Positions 1 to 8,502 of a stretch of DNA of 20,000 bases are shown one piece after another. The notes beneath the pieces were generated by a model. It did not search any database. It saw nothing but the letters and a program-made list of their open reading frames with translations, and had not been told where the DNA came from. A program made the position numbers and the translations under genes. The stretch is from the IMG/VR virus record IMGVR_UViG_3300048580_000371, one strand, 5' to 3'. Numbering within the stretch: the first letter of the stretch is position 1; each line of letters begins with the position of its first letter. The DNA is from an uncultured virus (IMG/VR IMGVR_UViG_3300048580_000371) (taxonomy: Duplodnaviria; Heunggongvirae; Uroviricota; Caudoviricetes).

Positions 1-2
1 AA

Positions 3-167
3 TACAAATTGGTATTATATGATGAAGTAGCAGAATTTTTAAAAAATAAAGATTTTTTTTGGTCAAGAGATATTGCATTAATAACCGCCCAAAATCATGG
101 TGTTAAATTTTGGTTTAAAAATTCAGATGATTTGATTTATTTTTTATTAAAATGGGGGAATAGATGA
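3..167 (+). CDS. Partial (5'-truncated) FKLxW-family small protein
   Basis: Open frame 3 from the window edge ending ...FWFKNSDDLIYFLLKWGNR*; TGA overlaps the next ATG (ATGA at 164-167). Confidence 0.75.
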   Translation, partial: YKLVLYDEVAEFLKNKDFFWSRDIALITAQNHGVKFWFKNSDDLIYFLLKWGNR

Positions 168-448
168 GTTGTCCATTTCAATTTTATAATCCTGCAACCA
201 ATCATGATGATGTGATAGATTGGTTGGAAGAAAATTATAAATTTAAATTTGAATTCAATTGTAAATCAAGTATTCACACTTGGTTATGGGAAAATTTTGG
301 GGATACAATTTTTGCAATGGAATCAAATGAAGATGGATATTGTAGAGTTATAAATCCATATGCAAAATGGGAGGTAATGGATGGTCATCTTTATATTAAA
401 GACGTTGATGATGCATTAATTTTTAAATTGAAATGGATAGAACAATGA
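164..448 (+). CDS. FKLxW-family hypothetical protein
   Basis: IDWLEEN helix; C-terminus DDALIFKLKWIEQ. Confidence 0.8.
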   Translation: MSCPFQFYNPATNHDDVIDWLEENYKFKFEFNCKSSIHTWLWENFGDTIFAMESNEDGYCRVINPYAKWEVMDGHLYIKDVDDALIFKLKWIEQ

Positions 449-690
449 CAGGTTTCAAACACACAAGGGTAATACCATATAAACACAACTTTGAATATAA
501 ACGAATGTCAAACAATCTATCCAATCAGGCAATGAAAATTTTTCTTGAAAAATTAGAAAATTGGGCTAAACATCATTTAAATGACGAATGGACATGGGAG
601 TTTGATACTTGGGGGAATTTTGTGTTTAAAATAAAAGAAGACAATGACGCTGTATTGTTTAAATTGAAATGGTGTGGTGATGAGCAGTAA
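445..690 (+). CDS. FKLxW-family hypothetical protein
   Basis: ATGA overlap at 445; ENWAKHH; ends DAVLFKLKWCGDEQ. Confidence 0.8.
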   Translation: MTGFKHTRVIPYKHNFEYKRMSNNLSNQAMKIFLEKLENWAKHHLNDEWTWEFDTWGNFVFKIKEDNDAVLFKLKWCGDEQ

Positions 691-925
691 AAAATCAGAT
701 TTTACAGTATTTCATGTCACCTTTAAAAATATTGATAGAACACAATCAAGTAGGGGATACTATACTGATGAATACCAAAATCAATATAAACAAATGGAAA
801 AATGGTGCAACGAAAATATAAATGAAAGATATTGGTTATTCGGGTCATCAGCTTGGGAGGAGTATGATTATGAATGTTGGATTCCACCAAAACATGCAGT
901 AATGTTTAAATTGAGGTGGTGTTAA
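680..925 (+). CDS. FKLxW-family hypothetical protein
   Basis: MEKWCNEN; ends HAVMFKLRWC; start could be 674 or 680. Confidence 0.8.
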   Translation: MSSKKSDFTVFHVTFKNIDRTQSSRGYYTDEYQNQYKQMEKWCNENINERYWLFGSSAWEEYDYECWIPPKHAVMFKLRWC

Positions 926-926
926 A

Positions 927-1202
927 ATGTCATGTATAATAGAAATAAAAATTAAAAATGATTTAAATACTATCAAAAATATTTTAAAAAATATTGTAAC
1001 CATCATTCCTTATAATAACTGGGGGTTTGGAACTGGTGAAACTATAACAGATGACACATTTACATATAATTTCAAAAACAGTTGGTTAGAATGGGCTAAA
1101 AATTCCCCAGATGTGATGTTTTCATCAACTACAAAATTTTGGTTTTATTTTTATTTTAAAACATCAAGTGATGCAATGCTGTTTAAATTGAGGTGTTTAT
1201 AG
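927..1202 (+). CDS. FKLxW-family hypothetical protein
   Basis: SD GAGGTG lies within the upstream motif; ends FYFKTSSDAMLFKLRCL. Confidence 0.8.
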   Translation: MSCIIEIKIKNDLNTIKNILKNIVTIIPYNNWGFGTGETITDDTFTYNFKNSWLEWAKNSPDVMFSSTTKFWFYFYFKTSSDAMLFKLRCL

Positions 1203-1519
1203 TGGACCAGATTATGGTTGGATATTATCAATCAGAAATATCATTTAATGAATTAAATGAGTTTTTTAAATTACACAATATAGACGACCCTTGTATTTTG
1301 GGCAATGTTATGATACTACCAAAACATTTAATTGATATATTTTGTGAAACATTTAGTATTGTTTTTTTTAATAAAATATCGGATGAAATGATAAAATGGT
1401 GTGAAGAAAATATAAAATCATTTTATTCCATTCATGGCGATGAAGAAACTTTGTCACAAAAATATATTTTGATTAAAGATAAAAATGAACATTTGTTGTT
1501 CAAACTTACGTGGGGATGA
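1202..1519 (+). CDS. FKLxW-family hypothetical protein
   Basis: GTG at 1202 after GAGGTG (alternative ATG 1214); MIKWCEEN; ends EHLLFKLTWG. Confidence 0.75.
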   Translation: MDQIMVGYYQSEISFNELNEFFKLHNIDDPCILGNVMILPKHLIDIFCETFSIVFFNKISDEMIKWCEENIKSFYSIHGDEETLSQKYILIKDKNEHLLFKLTWG

Positions 1520-1770
1520 ATATGACAATTGAATATATCAGATATAGTGATTTAAAAAACACCAGCTTGAGAAAAATTAATCAATGGCTGTTGGATAATA
1601 ATATTAAACACGCTTGGGTTGGGTGGAACCCATGTTTTGATAATGATATGTCAGATTTAGACATTGAACTCCAAATTGAATGGGGCATAATGTGTGGTGA
1701 TTATGAAGATGATCCAAAATTTATTGAATTATCAAGAAACGACTACATGCGATTTAAATTGACATTATGA
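1516..1770 (+). CDS. FKLxW-family hypothetical protein (DYMRFKL subtype)
   Basis: ATGA overlap; INQWLLDN, EWGIMCG, ends NDYMRFKLTL; close paralog of the next gene. Confidence 0.8.
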   Translation: MNMTIEYIRYSDLKNTSLRKINQWLLDNNIKHAWVGWNPCFDNDMSDLDIELQIEWGIMCGDYEDDPKFIELSRNDYMRFKLTL

Positions 1771-2000
1771 TTACAACAAAGGATATATGTGAACATGGGT
1801 CTGGGAATATTGTTCAATGGTTAGACGACAACCATATTGAATATTCTTGGGCGAAGGAGTTTGAATATTCTTGGGCGAAGGAGTTTGATCCATCTAAACA
1901 AACACTTGTACTTGAATGGGCAATTATGTCCGGTGGTTCAGATAGCATTGCCATTATAATTTCAAAAAATGACTATATGAGGTTCAAATTGGCATTTTAA
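1767..2000 (+). CDS. FKLxW-family hypothetical protein (DYMRFKL subtype)
   Basis: IVQWLDDN, EWAIMSG, ends NDYMRFKLAF. Confidence 0.8.
   Translation: MITTKDICEHGSGNIVQWLDDNHIEYSWAKEFEYSWAKEFDPSKQTLVLEWAIMSGGSDSIAIIISKNDYMRFKLAF
1837..1888 (+). repeat. Perfect 24-bp in-frame tandem duplication
   Basis: TTGAATATTCTTGGGCGAAGGAGT at 1837-1860 and 1861-1884 (+TTGA); protein EYSWAKEF x2. Confidence 0.95.
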
Positions 2001-2002
2001 TA

Positions 2003-2032
2003 TTGATTTGATAGTGATTAATGATCTACTAT
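2003..2032 (+). promoter_or_regulatory. Putative sigma70-type promoter
   Basis: TTGATT-18nt-TACTAT upstream of SD AAGGAG and ATG 2065; same TTGATT-18 architecture as at 3946 and 11205. Confidence 0.5.
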
Positions 2033-2064
2033 CAATTATTAACTTAACAGAAGGAGTACTAAAA

Positions 2065-2343
2065 ATGAGTATCGCAGCATTATCAACAGACGACAAGGAT
2101 CGTTTAAAAGAAGTTATCACTAAAGCAGCCAAGATGAAATTGGAAGCCAAGGATATTAATGATTCAGTTCGTGATTTAATCAAGAACACAGCCGAACAAA
2201 CAGGCGTTGAAAAGAAAGTCATCGCTGCAGCAGTGAAATATGAATTCAAAGCTCTTGGTAGCGTTGAAGGTGGTGACATCGAGAAAGATAAAGAAGACCT
2301 TTCAGATGTTGAAGAATTATTGCACGTTTGTGGAATTATTTAA
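2065..2343 (+). CDS. dsbA: T4 DsbA-like / GapR-like dsDNA-binding protein
   Basis: SD AAGGAG; 92 aa helical protein LKEVITKAAKMKLEAKDINDSVRDLIKNTAEQTGVEKKVIAAAVKYEFK with an acidic tail, resembling phage DsbA as recalled. Confidence 0.65.
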   Translation: MSIAALSTDDKDRLKEVITKAAKMKLEAKDINDSVRDLIKNTAEQTGVEKKVIAAAVKYEFKALGSVEGGDIEKDKEDLSDVEELLHVCGII

Positions 2344-2350
2344 TCGCTAT

Positions 2351-2384
2351 TATCCCCAGATTAATTTCTGGGGATAGTTTTCTT
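2351..2384 (+). terminator. Intrinsic terminator
   Basis: TATCC(C)CAGA-ttaatt-TCTGGGATA hairpin followed by GTTTTCTTT. Confidence 0.65.
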
Positions 2385-2395
2385 TGGAGGTTTGT

Positions 2396-2674
2396 ATGGG
2401 GCATTATGATGATTATTATGAACAAATTGAAATTAATACTAAAAAAACAAGACAAAGAAAAATTGTAAAAATATGTTCAGAATATAAACAAACCTTTGAT
2501 GATATGACGCTTTTTTTCAGAGATTTTGGTGACATAATTAGTAAAGATGAACTTAATGCAATAACAAATGCTTGGGAAACTTTTCAAGATAAAATTAATA
2601 GAGTTAAAATAAATAATGGGGTTTTGATAACAGACCCTAATATAATAATAAATGAACTTAAAAAAGGAAAATAG
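2396..2674 (+). CDS. Hypothetical protein
   Basis: SD GGAGG at 2386, ATG 2396; 92 aa ORF. Confidence 0.7.
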   Translation: MGHYDDYYEQIEINTKKTRQRKIVKICSEYKQTFDDMTLFFRDFGDIISKDELNAITNAWETFQDKINRVKINNGVLITDPNIIINELKKGK

Positions 2675-2694
2675 AGGATTACTCCTCTATTTTC
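2667..2694. terminator. Probable bidirectional terminator between convergent genes
   Basis: Perfect 12-bp inverted repeat GAAAATAGAGGA-ttac-TCCTCTATTTTC overlapping both stop codons. Confidence 0.65.
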
Positions 2695-3791
2695 AATATT
2701 CCCCTCTTATTTAATTCCTTGGCATAATATAATTTTTCTGGAAACCCTTTTGGTTTTTTAGGTGGATAAATTAATTCTGTTGGAACTGTATTAGATATTA
2801 TCCAAATATCAAATAATTGAACTAATAATTTTTCATTTTGTCGTCTAATGAGTTGTTTCTTTTTCATATTATTTTTTCGTTCATCTGATAATTTAATCCC
2901 AAGATGTGATTTTGACATTTTTTGTCTACGTTCTAATGGAACTGGGACACCATACGAAGGACTGTTTTCACCTGAAAATATTTCTGATAATTTTTTCTTT
3001 GTTTCTTCACTATGATGATGACCATAATGAGCAGCCAATTCACCTGTTTTTCCATAATTAGGGTTTTTTTCACCAGAAACTCTTTCTGATTGTTTTCGTT
3101 TAGTCTCATCAGAGTGTTTATATCCAAATAATGGATTATTTTCACCGGATCGTAACATTGACAATAGTTGTTTTGTTTCTTCTGAATGTTTAAAACCAAA
3201 CAGAGGATGTGCCTCACCTGTAACCCCAAACATTGGATGATTTTCACCTGAAAATATTTCTGATAATTTTTTCTTTGTTTCTTCACTATGATGTTGACCA
3301 TAATGAGCAGCCAATTCACCTGTTTTTCCATACCAATAAGCATTTTCACCTGAATTAGCTTTGTTATATTCAATTTTTATATTTTCAAATACAGAGGCTG
3401 TTATTTTATCAAATCGCTCTGTTCTTGAGCCATTAATAAAGGACCAAAGTGCCACCGTCATCATATTTTTAAATTTTTTATTATTAATCATTTTAACTAA
3501 TAAATGGTGAACAACAAAATGTTCTTTGGCTGACAAAAATACCAAATTATTTTTATCATTATTTCCACCAAACGAACTTGGGAGTATGTGATGATTTTCA
3601 ACATATCCCAATTTTTCCTTGGCTATTTTTCTATTTTTAAAATTTCTTATTTGTGCTTTTTTAATTATCCCTATATACCACTTGGCGTATTTTGATTTAT
3701 TGGACATTTTCCAAATTATATCTAAATAATCAATGTTGTTATCTGTTATAACATTATTTGTGCTTTGATAAATTATTAGATCATTATTCAT
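2679..3791 (-). CDS. Free-standing HNH homing endonuclease with NUMOD3 repeats
   Basis: ENHHILPSSFGGNNDKNNLVFLSAKEHFVVHHLL HNH motif; repeated HSEETKKKLS NUMOD3 motifs; start placed at 3791 by SD AAGGAG and alignment with the other two cassette copies. Confidence 0.9.
   Translation of the reverse strand: MNNDLIIYQSTNNVITDNNIDYLDIIWKMSNKSKYAKWYIGIIKKAQIRNFKNRKIAKEKLGYVENHHILPSSFGGNNDKNNLVFLSAKEHFVVHHLLVKMINNKKFKNMMTVALWSFINGSRTERFDKITASVFENIKIEYNKANSGENAYWYGKTGELAAHYGQHHSEETKKKLSEIFSGENHPMFGVTGEAHPLFGFKHSEETKQLLSMLRSGENNPLFGYKHSDETKRKQSERVSGEKNPNYGKTGELAAHYGHHHSEETKKKLSEIFSGENSPSYGVPVPLERRQKMSKSHLGIKLSDERKNNMKKKQLIRRQNEKLLVQLFDIWIISNTVPTELIYPPKKPKGFPEKLYYAKELNKRGILKIEE
2965..3332. repeat. 92-bp direct repeat inside the HNH gene (2965-3056 and 3241-3332)
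   Basis: One mismatch; 276-nt offset; encodes YGKTGELAAHYG(Q/H)HHSEETKKKLSEIFSGEN twice. Confidence 0.9.
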
Positions 3792-3970
3792 TTTGACATT
3801 TCTCCTTGGTTGTTGTATAAATAACATTGTAGCGGAAAGAGGCATCCTCCTTGGTGTCTGTTGATGGATACGCTAATATTCATCAACCCGCTATAATGTT
3901 ATTTATCTTTTTCTTTAAAATTTGTGTAATTTATTTTCATAAATATTGATTTTTCTTTCTCCATTGTTGT
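3789..3970. repeat. Endonuclease-associated intergenic cassette, copy 1
   Basis: Highly similar to 8500-8647 and 11049-11229: CATTTTGACATTTCTCCTTGG...TATAAATAACATTGTAGCGGAAAGAGG...CCGCTA. Confidence 0.95.
3824..3916 (+). ncRNA. Putative structured small RNA (three-way junction, CUCCUU loop), copy 1
   Basis: TATAAATA at 3816-3823; P1 3830-35/3888-93, P2 3840-46/3853-59, P3 3860-70/3877-87; U-rich tail; copy differences keep pairing through G-U only on the + strand. Confidence 0.6.
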
Positions 3971-3975
3971 AGTAT
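3946..3975 (+). promoter_or_regulatory. Putative sigma70-type promoter for polB fragment A
   Basis: TTGATT-18nt-TAGTAT; SD GGAG before ATG 4003. Confidence 0.5.
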
Positions 3976-4002
3976 TGGTTAATAACAGATGGAGATAAAA
4001 AT

Positions 4003-5700
4003 ATGTATGTTGACGCAATTAAAGATAATGATACTATTTTGTTAGTAGAACGAGTTGATGAAGAACGGGTTTATAGAGAATTCCCTGTTGAATATTATTT
4101 TTATATTGAAAATCCCAAAGGGAAATATACAACCATTTTTGGGACCAAGGCAGAAAAAATTACATCTGCTAATGGAAAAAAATTTAGAGGTGATTTGGCT
4201 ATATATGATAACGAACGAAAATTCGAATCCGACATCAACCCAATATTCAAGTGCCTTGAAAAACATTATCGTGATTGCGAAAACCCAAAATTAAATGTGT
4301 GTTTTTTCGACATCGAAACAGATTTTGACCCGCAGCGCGGTTTTTCGAGTCCCGACGATCCTTTTGCACCCATTACAGCTATAACATGCTATCTCAATTG
4401 GGCAGACCAATTGATAACATTAGTATTACCACCACCAACTGTTTCAATGGATTTTGCCCAAAAAACTTGTACTGAATTTGAAAATACTTTTGTGTGTGAT
4501 TCAGAAGAACAACTTTTAGAAACGTTTTATGATGTAATTGAAGATGCAGATATTCTTTCAGGTTGGAACTCTGGATTTTATGATATTCCATATATCATCA
4601 GACGAACTGAAAAAATCCTTAATAAAGAACTCACAAGAAAGTTGTGTCTTTGGAATAAATTACCACTCAAAAAAGAAGTAGAACGTGGATGGGGAAAATC
4701 AACAACATTTGATCTTGTTGGAAGAGTCCATCTCGACTATCTTGATATCTATAAAAAACATACTTATTCAGAACAACCAAGTTATAAATTGGATTCAATT
4801 GGGTTTGTTGAAGTAGGCGAAACCAAAACCCAATATGAAGGGTCGTTGGATGATTTATATAAAAAGGACTTCAAGAAATTTATTGAATATAACAGGCAGG
4901 ACGTTATGCTCTTGGTAAAGATTGATAGAAAGTTAAAATTCATGGAATTGTCAAATCAGTTAGCCCACCAAAATAGTGTGACGCTAAAAACTACTTTAGG
5001 TTCTGTTGCCCTTATTGAACAGTCCATTGTGAATGAATCCCATGACCGTGGTATGGTTATGGCAGATCAAAAAACCAAAGAAGAGAATGATAAGCATTCA
5101 CTTATCATTTATGATAAAGCAGAACAGGAATACAAGAAATCAGTTGCAGGAGCTTACGTGGCAGAGCCTCAAGTTGGATTATCCCATTGGATAGGCAGCA
5201 TTGACATTAACTCTCTTTATCCATCTGTTATTAGAAGTCTAAACATGGGTCCAGAAACCATCGTTGCCCAAATTAGACAAGATGCTACCAAAAAATGCAT
5301 CACAGATAGATTTGAAGATCAACAAGGACCAGGACCGAAATATAAACAGGCAAGCATGGCAGACTGCTGGAACGGATTGTTTGGATGTTTGGAATATGAA
5401 GAAGTTATGAAGAAATCAGATAAAGAACTTATTCTTGATATGGAAAATGGCGATACTGTCACCATGAAAGCATGGGAAATTTACAATTTTATCTTTGAAC
5501 AAAATAATTCATATTGTCTATCAGCCAATGGAACCATATTCAGAACTGACGTTGAAGGAATTATTCCAGGTCTATTGCGCCGGTGGTATGATGAACGTGT
5601 TGAAATGAAAAACAAAGCCAAGGTGGCTGGGCAAAAAGCATCTGGGGTGGAGGTTAAAGATTCTTCATTGTTGGAACAATTAAAAATGTTGACTTCTTAA
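4003..5700 (+). CDS. polB: Family B DNA polymerase, N-terminal fragment A (3'-5' exonuclease, palm motif A, first fingers helix)
   Basis: ExoI FFDIETD, ExoII GWNSGFYDIPY, ExoIII YNRQDV, AGAYV, motif A DINSLYPSVI, SANG, GIIPGLLRRWYDER; ends before motif B. Confidence 0.95.
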   Translation: MYVDAIKDNDTILLVERVDEERVYREFPVEYYFYIENPKGKYTTIFGTKAEKITSANGKKFRGDLAIYDNERKFESDINPIFKCLEKHYRDCENPKLNVCFFDIETDFDPQRGFSSPDDPFAPITAITCYLNWADQLITLVLPPPTVSMDFAQKTCTEFENTFVCDSEEQLLETFYDVIEDADILSGWNSGFYDIPYIIRRTEKILNKELTRKLCLWNKLPLKKEVERGWGKSTTFDLVGRVHLDYLDIYKKHTYSEQPSYKLDSIGFVEVGETKTQYEGSLDDLYKKDFKKFIEYNRQDVMLLVKIDRKLKFMELSNQLAHQNSVTLKTTLGSVALIEQSIVNESHDRGMVMADQKTKEENDKHSLIIYDKAEQEYKKSVAGAYVAEPQVGLSHWIGSIDINSLYPSVIRSLNMGPETIVAQIRQDATKKCITDRFEDQQGPGPKYKQASMADCWNGLFGCLEYEEVMKKSDKELILDMENGDTVTMKAWEIYNFIFEQNNSYCLSANGTIFRTDVEGIIPGLLRRWYDERVEMKNKAKVAGQKASGVEVKDSSLLEQLKMLTS

Positions 5701-5716
5701 AAATCAATGGTATTAT
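5689..5716 (+). promoter_or_regulatory. Putative sigma70-type promoter
   Basis: TTGACT-16nt-TATTAT overlapping the polB-A stop; SD AGGAG before ATG 5747. Confidence 0.4.
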
Positions 5717-5746
5717 TTAGTATGAAACAATGAACAGGAGAATTTA

Positions 5747-6037
5747 ATGATAAGTTTCTATCTAAATATTGACTCTCCGACAACCAAACATTTTTTTAAA
5801 AGTTTGGTTGAAAAAGATGGGCAGATTACAAAAAACAAACATTGGGAATTTCAAATCTATTATACTTCCCATACATTGTTTACTATAGAATTGTCAACAC
5901 ATATCAAAGGTAATGACCATGCTGGACCAGCATTTGGTATTAACATTCTTGGATTGCAAATTGATTTTGGTATATATGATTGCCGCCATTGGGATTATGA
6001 TAATAATTGTTGGGAAGAATATGAGGAGGAGAAATAA
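5747..6037 (+). CDS. Hypothetical phage protein
   Basis: SD AGGAG; 96 aa; DHAG...YDCRHWD motif. Confidence 0.75.
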   Translation: MISFYLNIDSPTTKHFFKSLVEKDGQITKNKHWEFQIYYTSHTLFTIELSTHIKGNDHAGPAFGINILGLQIDFGIYDCRHWDYDNNCWEEYEEEK

Positions 6038-6378
6038 TGGTACAAGACATTTATAATGATGGTGTTTTTCGTATTGAGTACAATTCATCAAATGGCTTTC
6101 TTCAAGTGCTAACTTGGAAAGTTTATAAAGATAATCAAAGTGTTGAAAAGTTTTTTTCGGAAACAGAAGCAAGAGATTATGTTCATACAGAAATACAGAA
6201 AGGACGAAAAATGTCTAAAGAAAAACAATTGATGGCACTTTGTAAAAAATTTATCGATGAACAAGATATTCATTGTGGGGAAACCATCTATCAATCTGAT
6301 AGAGTGATTGAAAATGCATATAGTTTTATTGAAGATGTTTGTAACATTGTAGGATACAAGGATATAGATGATGAGTGA
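6037..6378 (+). CDS. Hypothetical phage protein
   Basis: TAATG coupling, SD GAGGAG; possible internal start at 6211 (MSKEKQL...). Confidence 0.75.
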   Translation: MVQDIYNDGVFRIEYNSSNGFLQVLTWKVYKDNQSVEKFFSETEARDYVHTEIQKGRKMSKEKQLMALCKKFIDEQDIHCGETIYQSDRVIENAYSFIEDVCNIVGYKDIDDE

Positions 6379-6787
6379 TACCCCTATTGAAAAATTTGTA
6401 GATGATAAAGTTGAAAAATATTTGGCACCGGCGATTGATATTTGTAATAAACTTTCATTTATGCCAAACATGGGCAATGATGGTATCCCAATTAAAGCAT
6501 CATTGAATAAATCATATCATAATTATATTCTTCATGCCATTTGGAATGTAAGTGCATTACCATTATGGGCAAAACGCCTATATGTATTAACTTGTTTTAT
6601 ATCATTCCCGTTTCAAATACTATTAACAATAATAGATATAATTGTTGGATGTATAATGACTGTTTTTAATATTATTGGGATGATTTGTCTTGGTTGTTTA
6701 ATGTTAATCATTTTTGGGATTAATACACTGTATAAAATTTGGACAAATCATGATGACGAACCTTGCAATTTGAAAGGAAACCCATAA
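6368..6787 (+). CDS. Hypothetical membrane protein
   Basis: Long hydrophobic C-terminal segments. Confidence 0.7.
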   Translation: MMSDTPIEKFVDDKVEKYLAPAIDICNKLSFMPNMGNDGIPIKASLNKSYHNYILHAIWNVSALPLWAKRLYVLTCFISFPFQILLTIIDIIVGCIMTVFNIIGMICLGCLMLIIFGINTLYKIWTNHDDEPCNLKGNP

Positions 6788-7363
6788 ATGGCAACACATG
6801 ATGTTTCGGGTAATCTTGGGTGTAGGAAATTTAATTTCGATATATTGGAAAAATTAATCCATATTTTTCCAAGCGAAAAACCAAATGTTACTGTTGGTAT
6901 TGAAACGTTAGATGGCACTATTAACTTTGAAAATGTTGAGGAATTTATTAAATATATTAATACTTTATCCAAACAATGTACCATCACTAAAATAAATGTT
7001 CATATTATTAATGAAAATTATGACAGGGTATATATTTGTTTTAATAGATTTGTAGGAACTTATTATTCTGTGTCAGCCAAAGACCCATTCTTGATGACTG
7101 AAACATCTAATAAAATTAAAGCGTTATTGCCAAAACATACCCCAATTTTACCACCATATATTACCTTTATATTGTTTGGTGTAATATTAGGCGCTTGTTT
7201 GGCATTGTCTTGGTGGTGGGCATATGGTATTATTTTTGGTATATGGATGATTGGTTTGAACCTTCTTGGCAAAAAATTCTTTACAAAGTATCCAATTTGG
7301 CCATTCAACAGCATTGATCTAAAGACCGATGCATTGTTGTTTAAATTGAAATATATTCCATGA
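6788..7363 (+). CDS. Membrane protein ending in the FKLxW-type motif
   Basis: Two TM segments then KTDALLFKLKYIP. Confidence 0.75.
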   Translation: MATHDVSGNLGCRKFNFDILEKLIHIFPSEKPNVTVGIETLDGTINFENVEEFIKYINTLSKQCTITKINVHIINENYDRVYICFNRFVGTYYSVSAKDPFLMTETSNKIKALLPKHTPILPPYITFILFGVILGACLALSWWWAYGIIFGIWMIGLNLLGKKFFTKYPIWPFNSIDLKTDALLFKLKYIP

Positions 7364-7632
7364 AAATATCAGTTATTACTTCTGATAAAACTAAATTTAG
7401 TTATTGGGTATGGGTATACAAAATATATAAGGGTTATGTTAATACTAAACAAACGTCTGTTTGTTTCACCAAAGACTTTATAAATAAAGTTCAAAATGGT
7501 GTGGAACAATTAAAAAAGATGGGTGTTGTGGAATTTCAATTGTGTTATCTTATTAATGATACTTACAATTTAACATTTATTTTTGATAATGCCCAAAACG
7601 CAATGTTGTTTAAATTAAAATGGAGAGAATGA
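7360..7632 (+). CDS. FKLxW-family hypothetical protein
   Basis: ATGA overlap; ends FIFDNAQNAMLFKLKWRE. Confidence 0.75.
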   Translation: MKISVITSDKTKFSYWVWVYKIYKGYVNTKQTSVCFTKDFINKVQNGVEQLKKMGVVEFQLCYLINDTYNLTFIFDNAQNAMLFKLKWRE

Positions 7633-8502
7633 TTAATCTATATATCGTAAATCTAAATTTTTATACTTGGCTCCCTTTCCAGTAGGTTTGTGTGTCCCTT
7701 CCAAAATATTTTTTATAACATTATAACCAATTTTTAATTCAGAAGTTATTTCTTTTAAGGTATTCCATGATTTCACACACACCCCATCAACAAATAATCC
7801 AGCTTTAAATTTGAATTTAAGTTTATTAATTTCATTCATATCTAATTGTTCAACTTTATAATATCTAACATAATGATCTTTTACAAGCCAATGTTGAAAT
7901 TTAGATGCAGCCAATGATAAATTGGTGTGTCCAGTATTAAGAAACACTGCAGCACGATGAATACTAACAAATTCTTTTATAAATTTACCATTTTTATCAT
8001 AAATGCTTGTTTGTATTCTTGTTGGTTGGACTTCTGGTGAAATTTCTGCCATTCTTTGTTTTTCTTCTGGTGTCCACTTATGCCAATTTCTTCCCTTACT
8101 GGCTTCACCTATTAATTTTTTAGCTTCATCTGTATGTGTTTTTCCAAACATTCCATTGTCTGCTCCTATTCTTGCTGGAGGTCTATTGGAAATTCTGGCT
8201 ATATTTGTTAATATTCCAGTGTTATCTACCCGAAGTCCATATTTATAAATAAGAGTTTCTTCAAAATCATATGCGTCATTTTCATCTATAAACCCTTCTT
8301 TAATGATTTGTTCAATAGGTTCCAACCCTTGATTTAATAAATGTTTGATATAATTATCTTTAAATGAATTGTTTGATGAATTACCTCTTTTAACATCTTT
8401 AACGTGGCGTTTTATTCTGTCATTTTTTCCCTTACCAATATAAAAAGGTAAATTTGTTGTTGGGTCTATTAAAGCGTATACATAAAAATTTGTGTCTTTC
8501 AT
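7633..8502 (-). CDS. Free-standing GIY-YIG homing endonuclease with NUMOD3/NUMOD1-like domains
   Basis: FYVYALIDPTTNLPFYIGKG, RIKRH, E..LI..YG, LTN; GKTHTDEAKKLIG. Confidence 0.9.
   Translation of the reverse strand: MKDTNFYVYALIDPTTNLPFYIGKGKNDRIKRHVKDVKRGNSSNNSFKDNYIKHLLNQGLEPIEQIIKEGFIDENDAYDFEETLIYKYGLRVDNTGILTNIARISNRPPARIGADNGMFGKTHTDEAKKLIGEASKGRNWHKWTPEEKQRMAEISPEVQPTRIQTSIYDKNGKFIKEFVSIHRAAVFLNTGHTNLSLAASKFQHWLVKDHYVRYYKVEQLDMNEINKLKFKFKAGLFVDGVCVKSWNTLKEITSELKIGYNVIKNILEGTHKPTGKGAKYKNLDLRYID

Noticed and set aside
3792..3845. N-terminal extension MPLSATMLFIQQPRRNVK of the HNH ORF
   Set aside because: It lies within the repeat cassette; that ATG is absent in copy 3 and abuts the SD-like sequence with no spacer.
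3830..3893. Cassette RNA as a hammerhead ribozyme or tRNA
   Set aside because: It is a three-way junction but lacks the CUGANGA core and has no cloverleaf or T-loop features.
3789..3916. Cassette RNA as an OMEGA-type guide RNA for the nucleases
   Set aside because: The adjacent nucleases belong to three unrelated families with protein DNA-binding modules and show no RuvC, IscB or TnpB features; a regulatory role is more parsimonious.
5698..5750. Stop-codon readthrough or alternative genetic code explaining the polB-A truncation
   Set aside because: The stop is TAA, the downstream sequence is an unrelated gene with its own SD, and TAG/TGA act as normal stops elsewhere in the window.
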